Assembly (NCBI GenBank): GCA_043228905.1
Contig: JBHGNT010000002.1
Span: 2,542,001 to 2,606,000, forward strand
From: Azolla caroliniana
Lineage: Eukaryota > Plantae > Polypodiophyta
DNA: 64,000 nt
Reading direction: 5' to 3'
A program made the translations under genes and the position numbers. Of this stretch, positions 37,747-48,623 are shown one piece after another (within the stretch, counting starts at the first letter, position 1; each line of letters starts with the position of its first letter). The notes beneath the pieces were generated by a model. The model worked only from the letters and a program-made list of their open reading frames with translations, did not search any database and was not told the DNA's origin.

Positions 37747-40700
37747 TCATCCAGGAAGTGGTAATGGAGTGGACAAATCCATTTCATCTTCTGGGCATTC
37801 CCTCTCACATCTTTGTTTATCTTTACTACATTGAGTTCTTGATGGTGATAACCTGGCAGCATGTACCTCTTCTGGACTGAATATATAGATCTTCCTAACC
37901 ATGTTGCAGAATTCACTGTTGATAAAACATTGTCATGTGTTATACTTTATCATAGAGAAAAATAAAAAAATAAATGTGGAGGAAAGAATTAGGAACAAAA
38001 TGTGGAGCTTAGCTTAACATTTTTGCTTCTTTTTAAGAAATAATGTTCAAGCTTTTACATTTTGCTTCTTTTTCAGAAACAAAGTTCGAACTGCAGGATA
38101 CACATCATTTTGGAGAAGAAAAATTGCTTACATCCATGGATCATCACCGACTTGCATTGTGTCTCCTTCATCATCAGTATATGCAACTTGCCAGCCTTTG
38201 TCAGGGTTGCTAAGCTCCCCTTCAATATGAAACATTACTTCTAGCTCCTCAATCAGCTTCTTATAACTATCAAACTTGGAAAGATCTACCCCTCTCCCAA
38301 CCATACTTCCCTTCTTAATAACCTGCGCATGCACACTCATAAAAATCAGTCACAAAGTAATGCAAATTTATTAATGCATTTAACCTTGAGGCAAATAACT
38401 AAGTTATCAGATCCTATTGACCAAGATACACGAAATTAAAGACTGCTCACTCATGAACATTATAATAGCCTTAGGAATAGAAATAAAAAAGGAAACTGTA
38501 ACTACAAAATGGGAAAGGTGGGATTTAATGCATTTACTCTGCATTTACTCTAGCACAAACTCATTTCCCTTTCACACAAATTTCCTACTGTTTGCGGCTT
38601 TTCATACATACCTACATGATTGGGGGTTGGGGAGGAACTATCTTCCTAAGGAACTGGTATAAATAGGGATCATATGAAATATCAACAAGAATAGAGCATA
38701 CGTTTACCTTTGTGCAACTTCTTACAGGAGCATTAGAGTGGCTAGACTCTTTCAACAATTTGAGGCTAGTATTCTCTGAGTACTCAATTTCAGAGGAAGC
38801 TGACTTGTCCTCGGCAATATACGATGATGCTTGAGAAGCAAGGGGAACCTTCATAATGGCATTGCTATCTTCTGATATACCACCACTAAGCTTGGTCGAC
38901 TTGGGAGGTTCAACAAGAGAGAAACCAAAGAGTTTACATCCATTATTATAAGCAACATCAGGCTTTTCTGACTTTTGGTGAAATTCCCAAGATGAGAATG
39001 GCATTAGAAGTTGTGGATTGTCTAGTCTCGTTGCAGGCATAGGTACAGCAAGAACAGGGGAATGACCAGAAGTTAACATATTGTTCATGAGTGGCCATGC
39101 ACCAGGATCCACCATTCCTTCATGTTGTTGTCTATGGAGGCTATTACCATTTTGACAATTATGTAGGTGTGTCTGACAATCTGAGTTTGTTCTTGGTGCC
39201 ATATCCAACCTTTCTATGTTTTTCATATAACCACCTTGTTCTGGTGTCTGGCTCCAAATCTGGCGATGAGAAGTCAAAAAATCTTCATCACAAGCCATAT
39301 TCACTCCTTGGTAGCTTTGTGAGATAGACGGTTGCAAGGGAGGAAAACGTGTTGATTTATTGCAACCAGCTGTATTACAAACACCCCATTTCAATAACCA
39401 TACAGGATCATAAAGAAAAGAAATACAACTAAATATGTAAGGGAAACAGATTTGAAATAACCCAGAGTCTTTCTTTGTTTCCCTAAACACCTTTGGTATT
39501 TTTTTTAGGAGTTTTTTTACATATATACATAAATGTGTTATGTACAGTCCATGTGAACATATTTTTACCTGAGTCTGATGGTAAGGTAGGACGTAGCCTC
39601 TTGTTGTTCAGAGAAGAGTTATTATTATTAGAAGACGAATTTGAATATGCCGCACTCAACTCAATTTCCCATGGAGATACTCGATCTCGTTGCTCATTAT
39701 TTGTCTTCTCATCCCAATCAACTTTCAAAGAGCACCATTTTGAGTTCACCCAACATAGGGAATTAAGATCATCAATCCCTGTGATGGTTCCAGCATAACT
39801 GCAAGAAGTAAACAGGAAAGCATATTATTAACAATGCTTCACATGAGTACAATACAAACCTTATATTTTCAGCAAGTTCACCTTTTCACAGAAGCATCCT
39901 CACCCTCGAAATTCATCTTGAATCTCATTCCTACTGACATACTCATGCGAGAAGCCTTTGCAAGCTTTTCGATAGGTACAATAAAGGAAGATGGGCTTGC
40001 CCTTCACATATATACAAAAATCTTCAGATTTCCCGTACAAATCCAAATGAAACACACAACAGAATCGTCATGGTTTTTCCACAAGTTATTTACCTTGGTT
40101 TAAAGTATACTGAAAACATGGTTCTTGTCAAGATTGCATGGGAAGCAGTAGCAACCACGCCCATTTGCATGCTGTGGCTTGTAAGAACATTTGATGGCTG
40201 TGGTGGTTGCTGACGTTTGGTTCGGCGAATACCAACTCTCAGTTCACCATTCTCACCCCTAAATAATATCCCAAACTAAAAATAATAAGCCAAAAATGGT
40301 GTAACAATGGCTGATCACATCTCTTGAAAAGACAGACAAAATATCCAGAGTATACAAGATTTAAGAATGGCCCAATCTAGACCCCCAAAAAAAGACAAAA
40401 AATACTAAATTATTCAACAATGACAACAGATGCCTGCAAAAGGAGCAAATATACAAAGACAAAAATGCTGCAAAATTCCATAATGGCTGATCGAGTTCCT
40501 AAAAAGAAAAGAGTTAAACTGGCATAATAATCAATAATGGCATTGATTGGAGCCTGAGTCAAGCACAATATACATAGACTAGATGATATAAGACTCAACA
40601 TGGTCAATTGATGCTTCAAAGAAGACATTTTGCCAAGAATAGCCAATTGACACCCTACACAAGACAAATTACACTAAAGAGTAACAGAGTGCAAGATTCA

Positions 40701-43181
40701 ACATTGGACGGCTAATCGGGCCTCTACTGAGCAAAATATACAGGGGCAAAATGATGTGCAATATCAAACCCTCAATCAAGCAATGATGGTCTTACCAAGC
40801 AAAAATTGAAAAAAGACAAATTAGTGAAATATTCAACAATGGCTGATTGAGCAAACAATCATCTGATCTACAGCAGTCCTTACCTAAGAAAGACAACTGC
40901 ATCTCCAGCAATGAGTTTCTTCTGGCTTACAAAATAGCTCCATCCAGTAGTGAGCAAATGTCTACGCGGATGACCTACCCAAGGAAAGCACACAAAATCC
41001 ATAAGAAGACTGCTATCCTAACACAACAATGAGCATAAGACTGTTAACCATATATTTGAATCTCTCTGTAGGTACCAAAAGAATACTGCTCAGATTTCCA
41101 CAGCAAGCAACAGAACATTACCGCGATATATATGCCTGAATTTCCAATCCTGACCATGAAGATCTCTAGCCACAAGCTCCTGGCTAGGGATATCCTGACT
41201 CATATCCTGCAAAAGGGAGCTGAATAAGAATCACAATGATTTGGTGAATGGATGAATGAATGATGTATACCATGAGTGGCAGAGTCGGTTACCAAGGGTG
41301 GAAGGCATTCCTCTGCATGTTTCCTCAGAACAGAGAAGCCACCATGAGTGCTTGTGTCAGAAGCGGTGAGGATCTTTGTGAAACGGCATACAGATCTCCG
41401 AGGAGGTTCTGACGGTTCTTTGTTTTCTATCAAATGGAGATCCTGAGGAGAAATAAACATAAACGTCAAGAACTATGACAAGCGCACAGTAAAGAGAAGA
41501 GACACAAATTCTTACATCTTCAGGCTCTGGTAATAGCGTGAGCTGAGCAAAGACTTCGTCTGTCTCAGGTTCTGCCTGCAGACATATGAAGCAAAATGAG
41601 CAAAGAAGATGAAAGAGAGAGACAGAGAGAGACAGAGCAACAATTTCTTGTTTGAGTAACGTATGCAGAAGTTTGAGCTTACACTAAGGGATAGATTCAT
41701 GACACGACACAGAATCTGAGATGGCAGATTGTACTGTGGTATCATCTGATTATGATGTTCATGACGATGTAATCCTCCAATTTGAGATGGAGCAGTTGAA
41801 GCAGCAACCTGCAGAAAATTCATTCCAACAGCAATTCTTCAGACAGCCACTTTTGAAACACTTAAGTTCCATAGAATTAAGTTCTACTTTGGAACCCTGA
41901 TTCCAAAACCTGATAAAAAGAATCATATTCAGCTTTGAAACCCTAATTTCGACCATTCACATGCCTGAATTCGATTTTAAAACACCCCATCCCTAATTTC
42001 GACCTATTGATGAGCAACATCATCCATGCTAAAACCTCCCCTCTTGTCACCATTATGCACCTTCCTTATTAACTTGAAATTTTCCTTCAAATTTCACAGG
42101 AAGTTCATCCAGGAATCTGATTTCGACCTTAAAAAGTTTTCAATCACATTTAACACTCTAATTTCAACCGCCCTCCCATCATATTAGATAGACCACATTC
42201 TAATACTTCCGTTTTCGTTATTGCTTGATCTTGCCATAGAGATCACCAATTTCGACCTTGCAATCGTAATTTTCGCTCATGATATTTCAGATTCTACCTT
42301 GAAAACCCTAATTCTAACGCCTCCAGTCACGAAGGCTATAGTTCCTGCTTCATATACCTGCAGCAGGCAAGCAAGCTGATGCTGAAAACCTAATCCTACA
42401 TTTCCAGCGAGAAAAGGCCACAGTTTATTTTGAAACCCTAAATTCAAGCCCATCACATGTTAGAAGACCACATCCTGTGCTTCACTAACCCTATTTCTGT
42501 AGAGAGTTTGGCGGTCATGTAAAGGAAAACTCATTCAAGCACTTCTTTGATGCTTATAACCCTAAGTCTTAACCCCTCCATTCATTAAAAGGCCTCAACA
42601 TACTTAAAATCCCAATTTGAAACGCTCAAACAGCACGATCACATTCCTTATTCCTGCTTCCTATCGCATAAGAAGTATCCCGCTTAAGATCATTCTGCAG
42701 AAATAAAATGCTTTGAATCATACAGACAGAAACCAATCCCCAACTTAAAAACAGCATTTCTGTTGTTCAGATGCACTGCACTCTACACACACCCCTGTAA
42801 ACCCAAATTTTCCGTAGAAATCCTCCTCTTTATTTCTCTCCACGGAAAGCTCACCTGTTCCAAATGGCCTTGAGGGAAGTACCACACTCTGTCTCCAACC
42901 TTGGGCACAGACACAAGGGGACCTGCACAAGATTTCCATAACTCTTCTGTGTAGAGATCTGCCATAGGAACAGCAAAAATTAGCTTAATTTTTGAGGTTC
43001 AATCTTCAAAAGAAGGTAAAGATCGGTATTTTTTTTTTTGCTTTGAGGAAGTTAATGTGTGATTTTTTTTACCTGTGTTAGCAGGGCTTTGAGATTTTGG
43101 CATTGATGTGGGCAGGCGAGCAATTTGAGCAAGAGAAGGGTCAAGGAAAAGGGGAGAAGGTGGAGGGAGAAGGTGAGACAT
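37747..43181 (-). CDS. ARF: Auxin response factor, class B (repressor type): B3 DBD, ancillary domain, middle region, PB1. Exons 43181(or 43103)-43073, 42958-42855, 41808-41683, 41575-41516, 41442-41293, 41206-41122, 40974-40884, 40258-40094, 40001-39882, 39798-39569, 39369-38708, 38322-38132, 37915-37747
   Basis: [71 protein letters not shown], the KLFGF repression motif and PB1 [19 protein letters not shown]...[27 protein letters not shown]. All introns GT-AG and in phase. The choice of start ATG is uncertain. Confidence 0.93.
41930..42625. repeat. Degenerate array of (AA)ACCCTAATTTCGACC-like motifs in ARF intron 2
   Basis: About 10 motif variants at roughly 40-125 bp spacing, including exact AAACCCTA at ~41938, ~42303 and ~42433. 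Confidence 0.55.
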
Positions 43182-43690
43182 GGAGGAAAAAGCTTTGAGA
43201 AGAAGAAGAAGAAGAAATGGAGCAGGAAAACAATGATGCTAAGAAGAAGAAGAAGAAGAAGAAGACGAAGAAATGAAGCAAGAGGAAGAATAAGATGATG
43301 GCTATGGCTATGGCTATGGCTATGGTAATGAAATGAAGCAGCGATGGATGGATGAATGAATGAATAGGGCAGCAAAAGGAGAGAGAAGAAATGCAGAAGA
43401 AGAAGAAGAAGACGAAATGCAGTAGCAGCAGAAAAATTGTGAAGGAGAAAAGCACTGTACATATTTCCTTTATTCATCAAATTTAGTTTTCGAGCAAAAC
43501 TGAAAATAAAAGATAAAAAGACGTAGAAAATTATGATGATTATGATTCTGATTATTCTGATTATCATAATAATAATAATAATAATAGGCAATTATTCTTA
43601 TGAATGGAATTATGGGGATAATTCTGATTGGTTATAATTATAGTGATTACTATGATTATTGGAATTATAGTTATAGCGATTAGTAATGAT

Positions 43691-43938
43691 CATAGTACGT
43701 AATATACTCGAATGCATTGGCAAACATTCTTTTTTCATACGAATGGAAAGCGTATGTTATCAAAAACATTTTTATGTTTTCTTTTACACTTTTTATCTTA
43801 ACTTTCTTACTTTAAAAAAACAAATTTACCTTATAATAAATACAAAAGTACGGTATTTACTATACTTCGAGGGTGTTTACCATACTCGAATTATTGAAAC
43901 ATTCTCGAATGCGAATTCTACGTATGGTTCATACTATG
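43691..43938. mobile_element. Small hAT-type MITE upstream of ARF
   Basis: Imperfect 17-bp TIR (CATAGTACGTAATATAC / GTATGGTTCATACTATG) and 8-bp TSD GTAATGAT (43683-43690, 43939-43946). The TSD lies in low-complexity ATT-rich DNA. Confidence 0.6.
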
Positions 43939-44461
43939 GTAATGATTATTAGAATTGTCATTATTCTAATTGTCATTATTATTCTGATTATGATTATTAA
44001 ATTTATTATGATAATGATTACTATTAGTACTATTATTATTATTATTATTATTACGGAAATAAGAAATAAAAAGGCGGGCGTTACTTTTTGGGTAATTTTT
44101 TTCTTTCCGATTTTAAATTAATAATCTCTTTTTGTTTCCTTTTTCTTTTCTTTTCTTTTTTTCCGCCCTGAGAGTGTAACGACAAAAAAAAAACAAAAAA
44201 GAAGAAGAAGGAGAGAGACTCGCACGTGCGAGACGTCGCTTTGCCGGCCGACACAGCAACACAAAATCAATACGTATATATATTATGTTTTTCATCATTT
44301 TTGGCCGCTTTTGCTTTTTCTGTTGCCTGCTTTTTGCTTTTTCTCTTTGTCCTTCCCGTTTCACACTTGCTTTGCCCGGACACTTCCTCGCCCCTCCACA
44401 CGTGCGCTTTTTTGTTGCCTTGTGTGTTTCCTCTCTTTTTTTTGTTACATCAAGTTAATTA

Positions 44462-44770
44462 TAGGAATCGGCAACGGTTCGGTTTCGGCTTAACCGGTTT
44501 GCCCTTGTCCAAACCAAACCGGTTAAGTCTAAACTAGTTTGGGAGTTTCCAAACCTTGAACCGAACCCGTTCCTAAATCGGTTTAGCAAACCGATTAATC
44601 CTTCAACGGCTTGGAAATCAGATTGGCCCAAATCGGTTCGATTCCGCTTGAGCCATCCCAAACCAAGCTCAAATTGGTTAAGGAAGCTCACGCCTCAACC
44701 GAACCGCCAAACCGTTGAAAATGGTTTAACGACCCACTTTAGGCTTAAGCCAAGCTGTTGCCGATTCCTA
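44462..44770. mobile_element. MITE with AAACCG subterminal repeats (hAT-like)
   Basis: TIR TAGGAATCGGCAAC ... GTTGCCGATTCCTA (14 bp perfect); sits within a degenerate ~85-bp tandem repeat (units at 44371 and 44771); no clean TSD. Confidence 0.8.
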
Positions 44771-45265
44771 TTTGCCCAGACACTTCCTCGCCACTCTCTC
44801 ACGTGCACTTTTTTGTTGCCTTGTGTGTTCCCTCGTTTTGGTTTCACACTTGCTTTGTCTCCACCACACATGCTTCGTGTCCATCAAAAGCTTCCTTGGC
44901 CATAAACTCAACCCATAGTTTTATGTACAAACTATGTTGCACTCTTGTTAAACCGTAGTGAAAGAACAATAATCGTAGATGTTGGTTGTGTTTTATATGT
45001 TCAAGGTACTGGATCTTTCCCATAAGAAGCAAGCCCAAGCTCCTTCAAACGAGAAGGCGTGAGAAGGAGGTACTCACTACATGTTGTCGTACCCATTCTT
45101 TGAAAAACATGGGCACCAACGATGCATGTCTTCTCCAATGCATTGAGGATTTTGTGATCCATTCTATATAGATATAGAGCATGATAATGAGGGATTTAAG
45201 AGGGATAACCATTTGTACAAAGATGAATTAGGAGGACATAATCGTTGTTTGCAAATGAAGATATG

Positions 45266-45586
45266 TGTTGAGAATCAAACTCAACTTCCCTAGTGTGGGA
45301 GCACACCCTTGTGTGTAATAAAGTCTTATAGTTCTATGACACATATTCAATGTAGTTAAGTCTCCACCTCCCTTTAGTTAAGAGGTGGTTGTAGAAAGAG
45401 AATATAAAGAGAATGTGACTATATAAGCACCTTCTAACCTTATTTGTAATTGTTGGTCATTCTTGTAATATTTCTTTTTTATAATATAGACTTTACTTGT
45501 TTTCTGCATACTTGAGCTCTCTCTCTCACTCACACACACACACACACATCTCTTCCGCTGCACATAATCACTCTCGGTTCTTTACA
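45266..45586 (+). repeat. 5' LTR, followed by PBS TGGTATCAAAG at 45587-45597
   Basis: TGTTGAGAATCAAACTCAACTTCCC...TTCTTTACA; same family as 1155-1537. Confidence 0.9.
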
Positions 45587-47504
45587 TGGTATCAAAGTGA
45601 TTGGTAGTCTGATCCAAGCCTATTCATGTGTTAAAGGCTACGTTCACGAAGAACCGGCCGATTGTTGTAGCAGCCTCTGCACAATCCATATCATAGAGAA
45701 GAGTCAATATGAACATCCAGATGGGACACGCTCTTCCTACCGAGAAGCTCAACAGAAACAACTTTGCATCTTGGGAGTACAAGATGCACTGATACCTTAT
45801 CAGCCAAGGCTATTGGGGCTACATTGAAGGAGCACAAGAAACACAACCCAACCTAACACACGCCAACTACCCAACCTAGGAGCAGGTTGCGAGCTGTGTG
45901 TTGTATTGTCTTGCATCATGTGTACATGATCACATGCCCGACTACATTCGAGAGGCAAAAACGTTGAAGGAGGCATGGGGGAACCTCAAGAAAATCTTCA
46001 CGGCCAATACGGCTGCTCACAAACTTCAACTCTGGCAGGAGTTGAACAATATTCAACTGAGGGACATATCAACCGGTTGCTACATCTTGAAAATCAAGGA
46101 GCTATGTGATGCCCTCGAGTCAATCAATGTTAGGATTGACGACGATGAAATGGTGCAAATATGCCTCGGAGGCTTGACACCTCAGTTCAGTGCAATAAGG
46201 TCGGTCGTTCTCACGAGAGAGAATCCTACCTCCTTCTTCGATCTTCAGTCAATGTTACTAGTCGAAGAGAATCACGTCCAAGCAAGGAGCAATGTGCAAG
46301 AGGGACACATGGTCCATTCGCACTCGGATGGAGGATGAGGACAAGGTCGTGGCAGAAGAGGCCGACTATGCCAAGTCTGACACAACCAAGGGTAGTCCCA
46401 TGAGCACAACTTCTACTACCGGCAAGACGTCACAAACTCGCGAGGGGGAGCCTTGGGTAGAAGGGGGAGCAATCATGCCGGACCCAACTGATATAACAAC
46501 TCCGATATCATGGCAAATTCGGCCACTACGAGGCAAAGCGTCGAAAAAAGAAAAGTGAGACAACATTCACAAGTTGAGAACTCACTACATCTTGAATTCC
46601 GACTACGATGATCGTGGCGGAATATTCCTGATGCGACATAGAGGGAATTTGATGACGGAATCGTGCTTAACCAACACCTCCAATTCCGAAGATGTTTGGT
46701 TTGTCGATTCAGGTGCGTCAAATCACATGATGTCTCATGCAGATTGGTTTCGAGAACTCTGAAAACCCGATCGACCCGGCTATGTTGAAACTGAGGATGA
46801 CACAATACACCCCATTCCGCATGTCGGTAATGTCCCATTCGGCAAAGAAGGAAATGGAGACATGCATAAAAAATGTCTTGCATGTTCCGACAATAATGAA
46901 GAATTTGGTCTCAGTCGGCCAGATCGTGGAACAAGGCATGCAAGTTTGGTTCAACGATGAAGGGTGTTTCATCGAAAAGGAGGGCCGAATTATCGTTTGC
47001 GATCGAAGAGAAGGCTGAATGTTCATCCTTGACTCTCATGAGATGAAATCGGCTATGTATGCCAAGGGCCTGAAAGCCGACACCGACATATGCAGTCGAA
47101 AGGAGTCGTCATCGAACTCCTAACTTTTACCGAGAAGGAGATGGCATGTGTATGCAAAGCATGTCAATTCGGCAAACAACATTGACAACCATTCCCGAAA
47201 GAGAGGAATGTGAGCAAAGGGACCTTGGATGTAGTTCATTCAGATGTATGGGGACCTCAGCAAAACGGAGTAGCCGAACGTAAAAATCGGCATATATTGG
47301 AGGTGGTGAGAGCTAAATTGAACGAAAAGAACCTGCCAAAATCCTATTGGCAAACACGGTCATCTATCTAATGAACTATTGCACGTCATCCGGAGTGCAT
47401 TGTATCACCCCCCACAAAAAGTTCTACGGAAAGAAGCCTAACTTGTCCCACGTCTGGATATTCTGCTTGATCGATCACATTCGTACACATTCCTGCTGGA
47501 AAGC

Positions 47505-47782
47505 CCATAACGAAAAATCGATGGATAAGACATGTTGGACAGGATGAACTTAATCATACCATGGAATGTTCAACTCGTTAGTCTCTCAAAATGAACGAGT
47601 CTCTGTACCTATCTCACTTTGATGTCCAAAAGTCATTTAGCTGAAGTTAGATTTGGCTCAGGATTACTCGTGAAAAAATCTTGGGTTCCCCTGAACTTGG
47701 GAGATGTCACTCGGTCCGTTTCCACACCTAGGCTCGATCCGATTGAGCCCATAGCGTCTACCATTCCACCATATCCCCTACT
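47505..47782 (-). other. Foreign insert in the copia integrase containing plastid-derived DNA (NUPT): trnL 5' exon plus the 5' half of its group I intron
   Basis: Minus strand GGGGATATGGTGGAATGGTAGACGCTATGGGCTC|AATCGGATCGAGCCTAGGTGTGGAAAC...CAAGTTCAGGGGAACCC...AATCCTGAGCCAAATC...GATAGGTACAGAGACTC is collinear with the plastid trnL(UAA) exon/intron consensus. It interrupts the copia peptide VHIPAGK / LDPKSVKCIL. The origin of 47505-47595 is not recognised. Confidence 0.88.
47745..47778 (-). pseudogene. trnL: Plastid tRNA-Leu 5' exon (pseudogene fragment, no 3' exon)
   Basis: 34-nt exon GGGGATATGGTGGAATGGTAGACGCTATGGGCTC directly followed by the group I intron start. Confidence 0.85.
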
Positions 47783-48171
47783 CTTGATCCAAAATCGGTG
47801 AAGTGTATCCTTGAGGGGTACTCGCTCGAACAGAAGGGGTACAAGTACTTCAACCCATCCACCAAAAAGGTACGAGTGAATAGGGATGTCGTATTCGACG
47901 AATCAACATCCCGATATTCGATCGATTCGGCTCCTTCCGATCATCCAATCGAAACCGATTTCGATATAGACTCGGAGGACGACAACCGACTAAGGCTCAC
48001 ATTTGAAGGGAGTCTAGTCTCAACTAGGTTGAGTGGACCAAAGGAGCTCTCGAGCGACCAAAGCATGTTGCGGTCAAGTCCGAAGATGGACAAGGGGAAG
48101 GCCAAAATGCTTGAGTACGAAGACTCGGAAGGAATTGAATCGGAACACTCACCGGACAACGAGTTTAGTGG

Positions 48172-48623
48172 TGTTAATAATTAGGTAATTAAGTATGGGT
48201 TAATTAGTATCTAATTATGTGATTAGTTGATAAGCGGAAGATTAAGTGATATGTGTGTGTATGTGTGTGAGAGGAAGAGAGAGAGAGAGAGAGAGAGGAA
48301 GTTAACACTTATGAACAACACAAGATGGGGGATGAGTAACTATATTAAATTAGCATTATCATCATCAAATACAAAAATACCCACAATGAGGTATATATAG
48401 ATCTTATGTGCAAGGGTGCACATGTGTCAGGAAAATATAGGTACAAGGGTGTAAGTCTTATATTAAATGTACTTGGGAGTGGAGGACCTAGAATATCCCA
48501 CTTAAGTACAACGTCCTATTTAAGGCGTTATAGTCAACACTTCTAACTAGATTCTATCTAGGTAACTACGAAGTTACATGGTTGACTAACTAACTAAACT
48601 AAGTTGAATTTGATCTCTCAACA
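48172..48623 (-). mobile_element. Solo LTR nested in the copia element
   Basis: TG...CA ends and a perfect 5-bp TSD AGTGG (48167-48171, 48624-48628). The minus strand begins TGTTGAGAGATCAAATTCAACTT, similar to the start of the host LTR. Confidence 0.9.

Noticed and set aside
39290-39325. tasiR-ARF target site in the ARF middle region (QSYQGVN versus KVLQGQE)
   Set aside because: Too many mismatches to the AAGGTCTTGCAAGGTCAAGAA consensus.
43500-44121. Ile-rich hydrophobic ORFs
   Set aside because: Products of degenerate (ATT)n repeats.
47745-47778. Expressed nuclear tRNA-Leu or an active self-splicing intron
   Set aside because: The 3' half of the intron and the 3' exon are absent, and the exon carries decay mutations.
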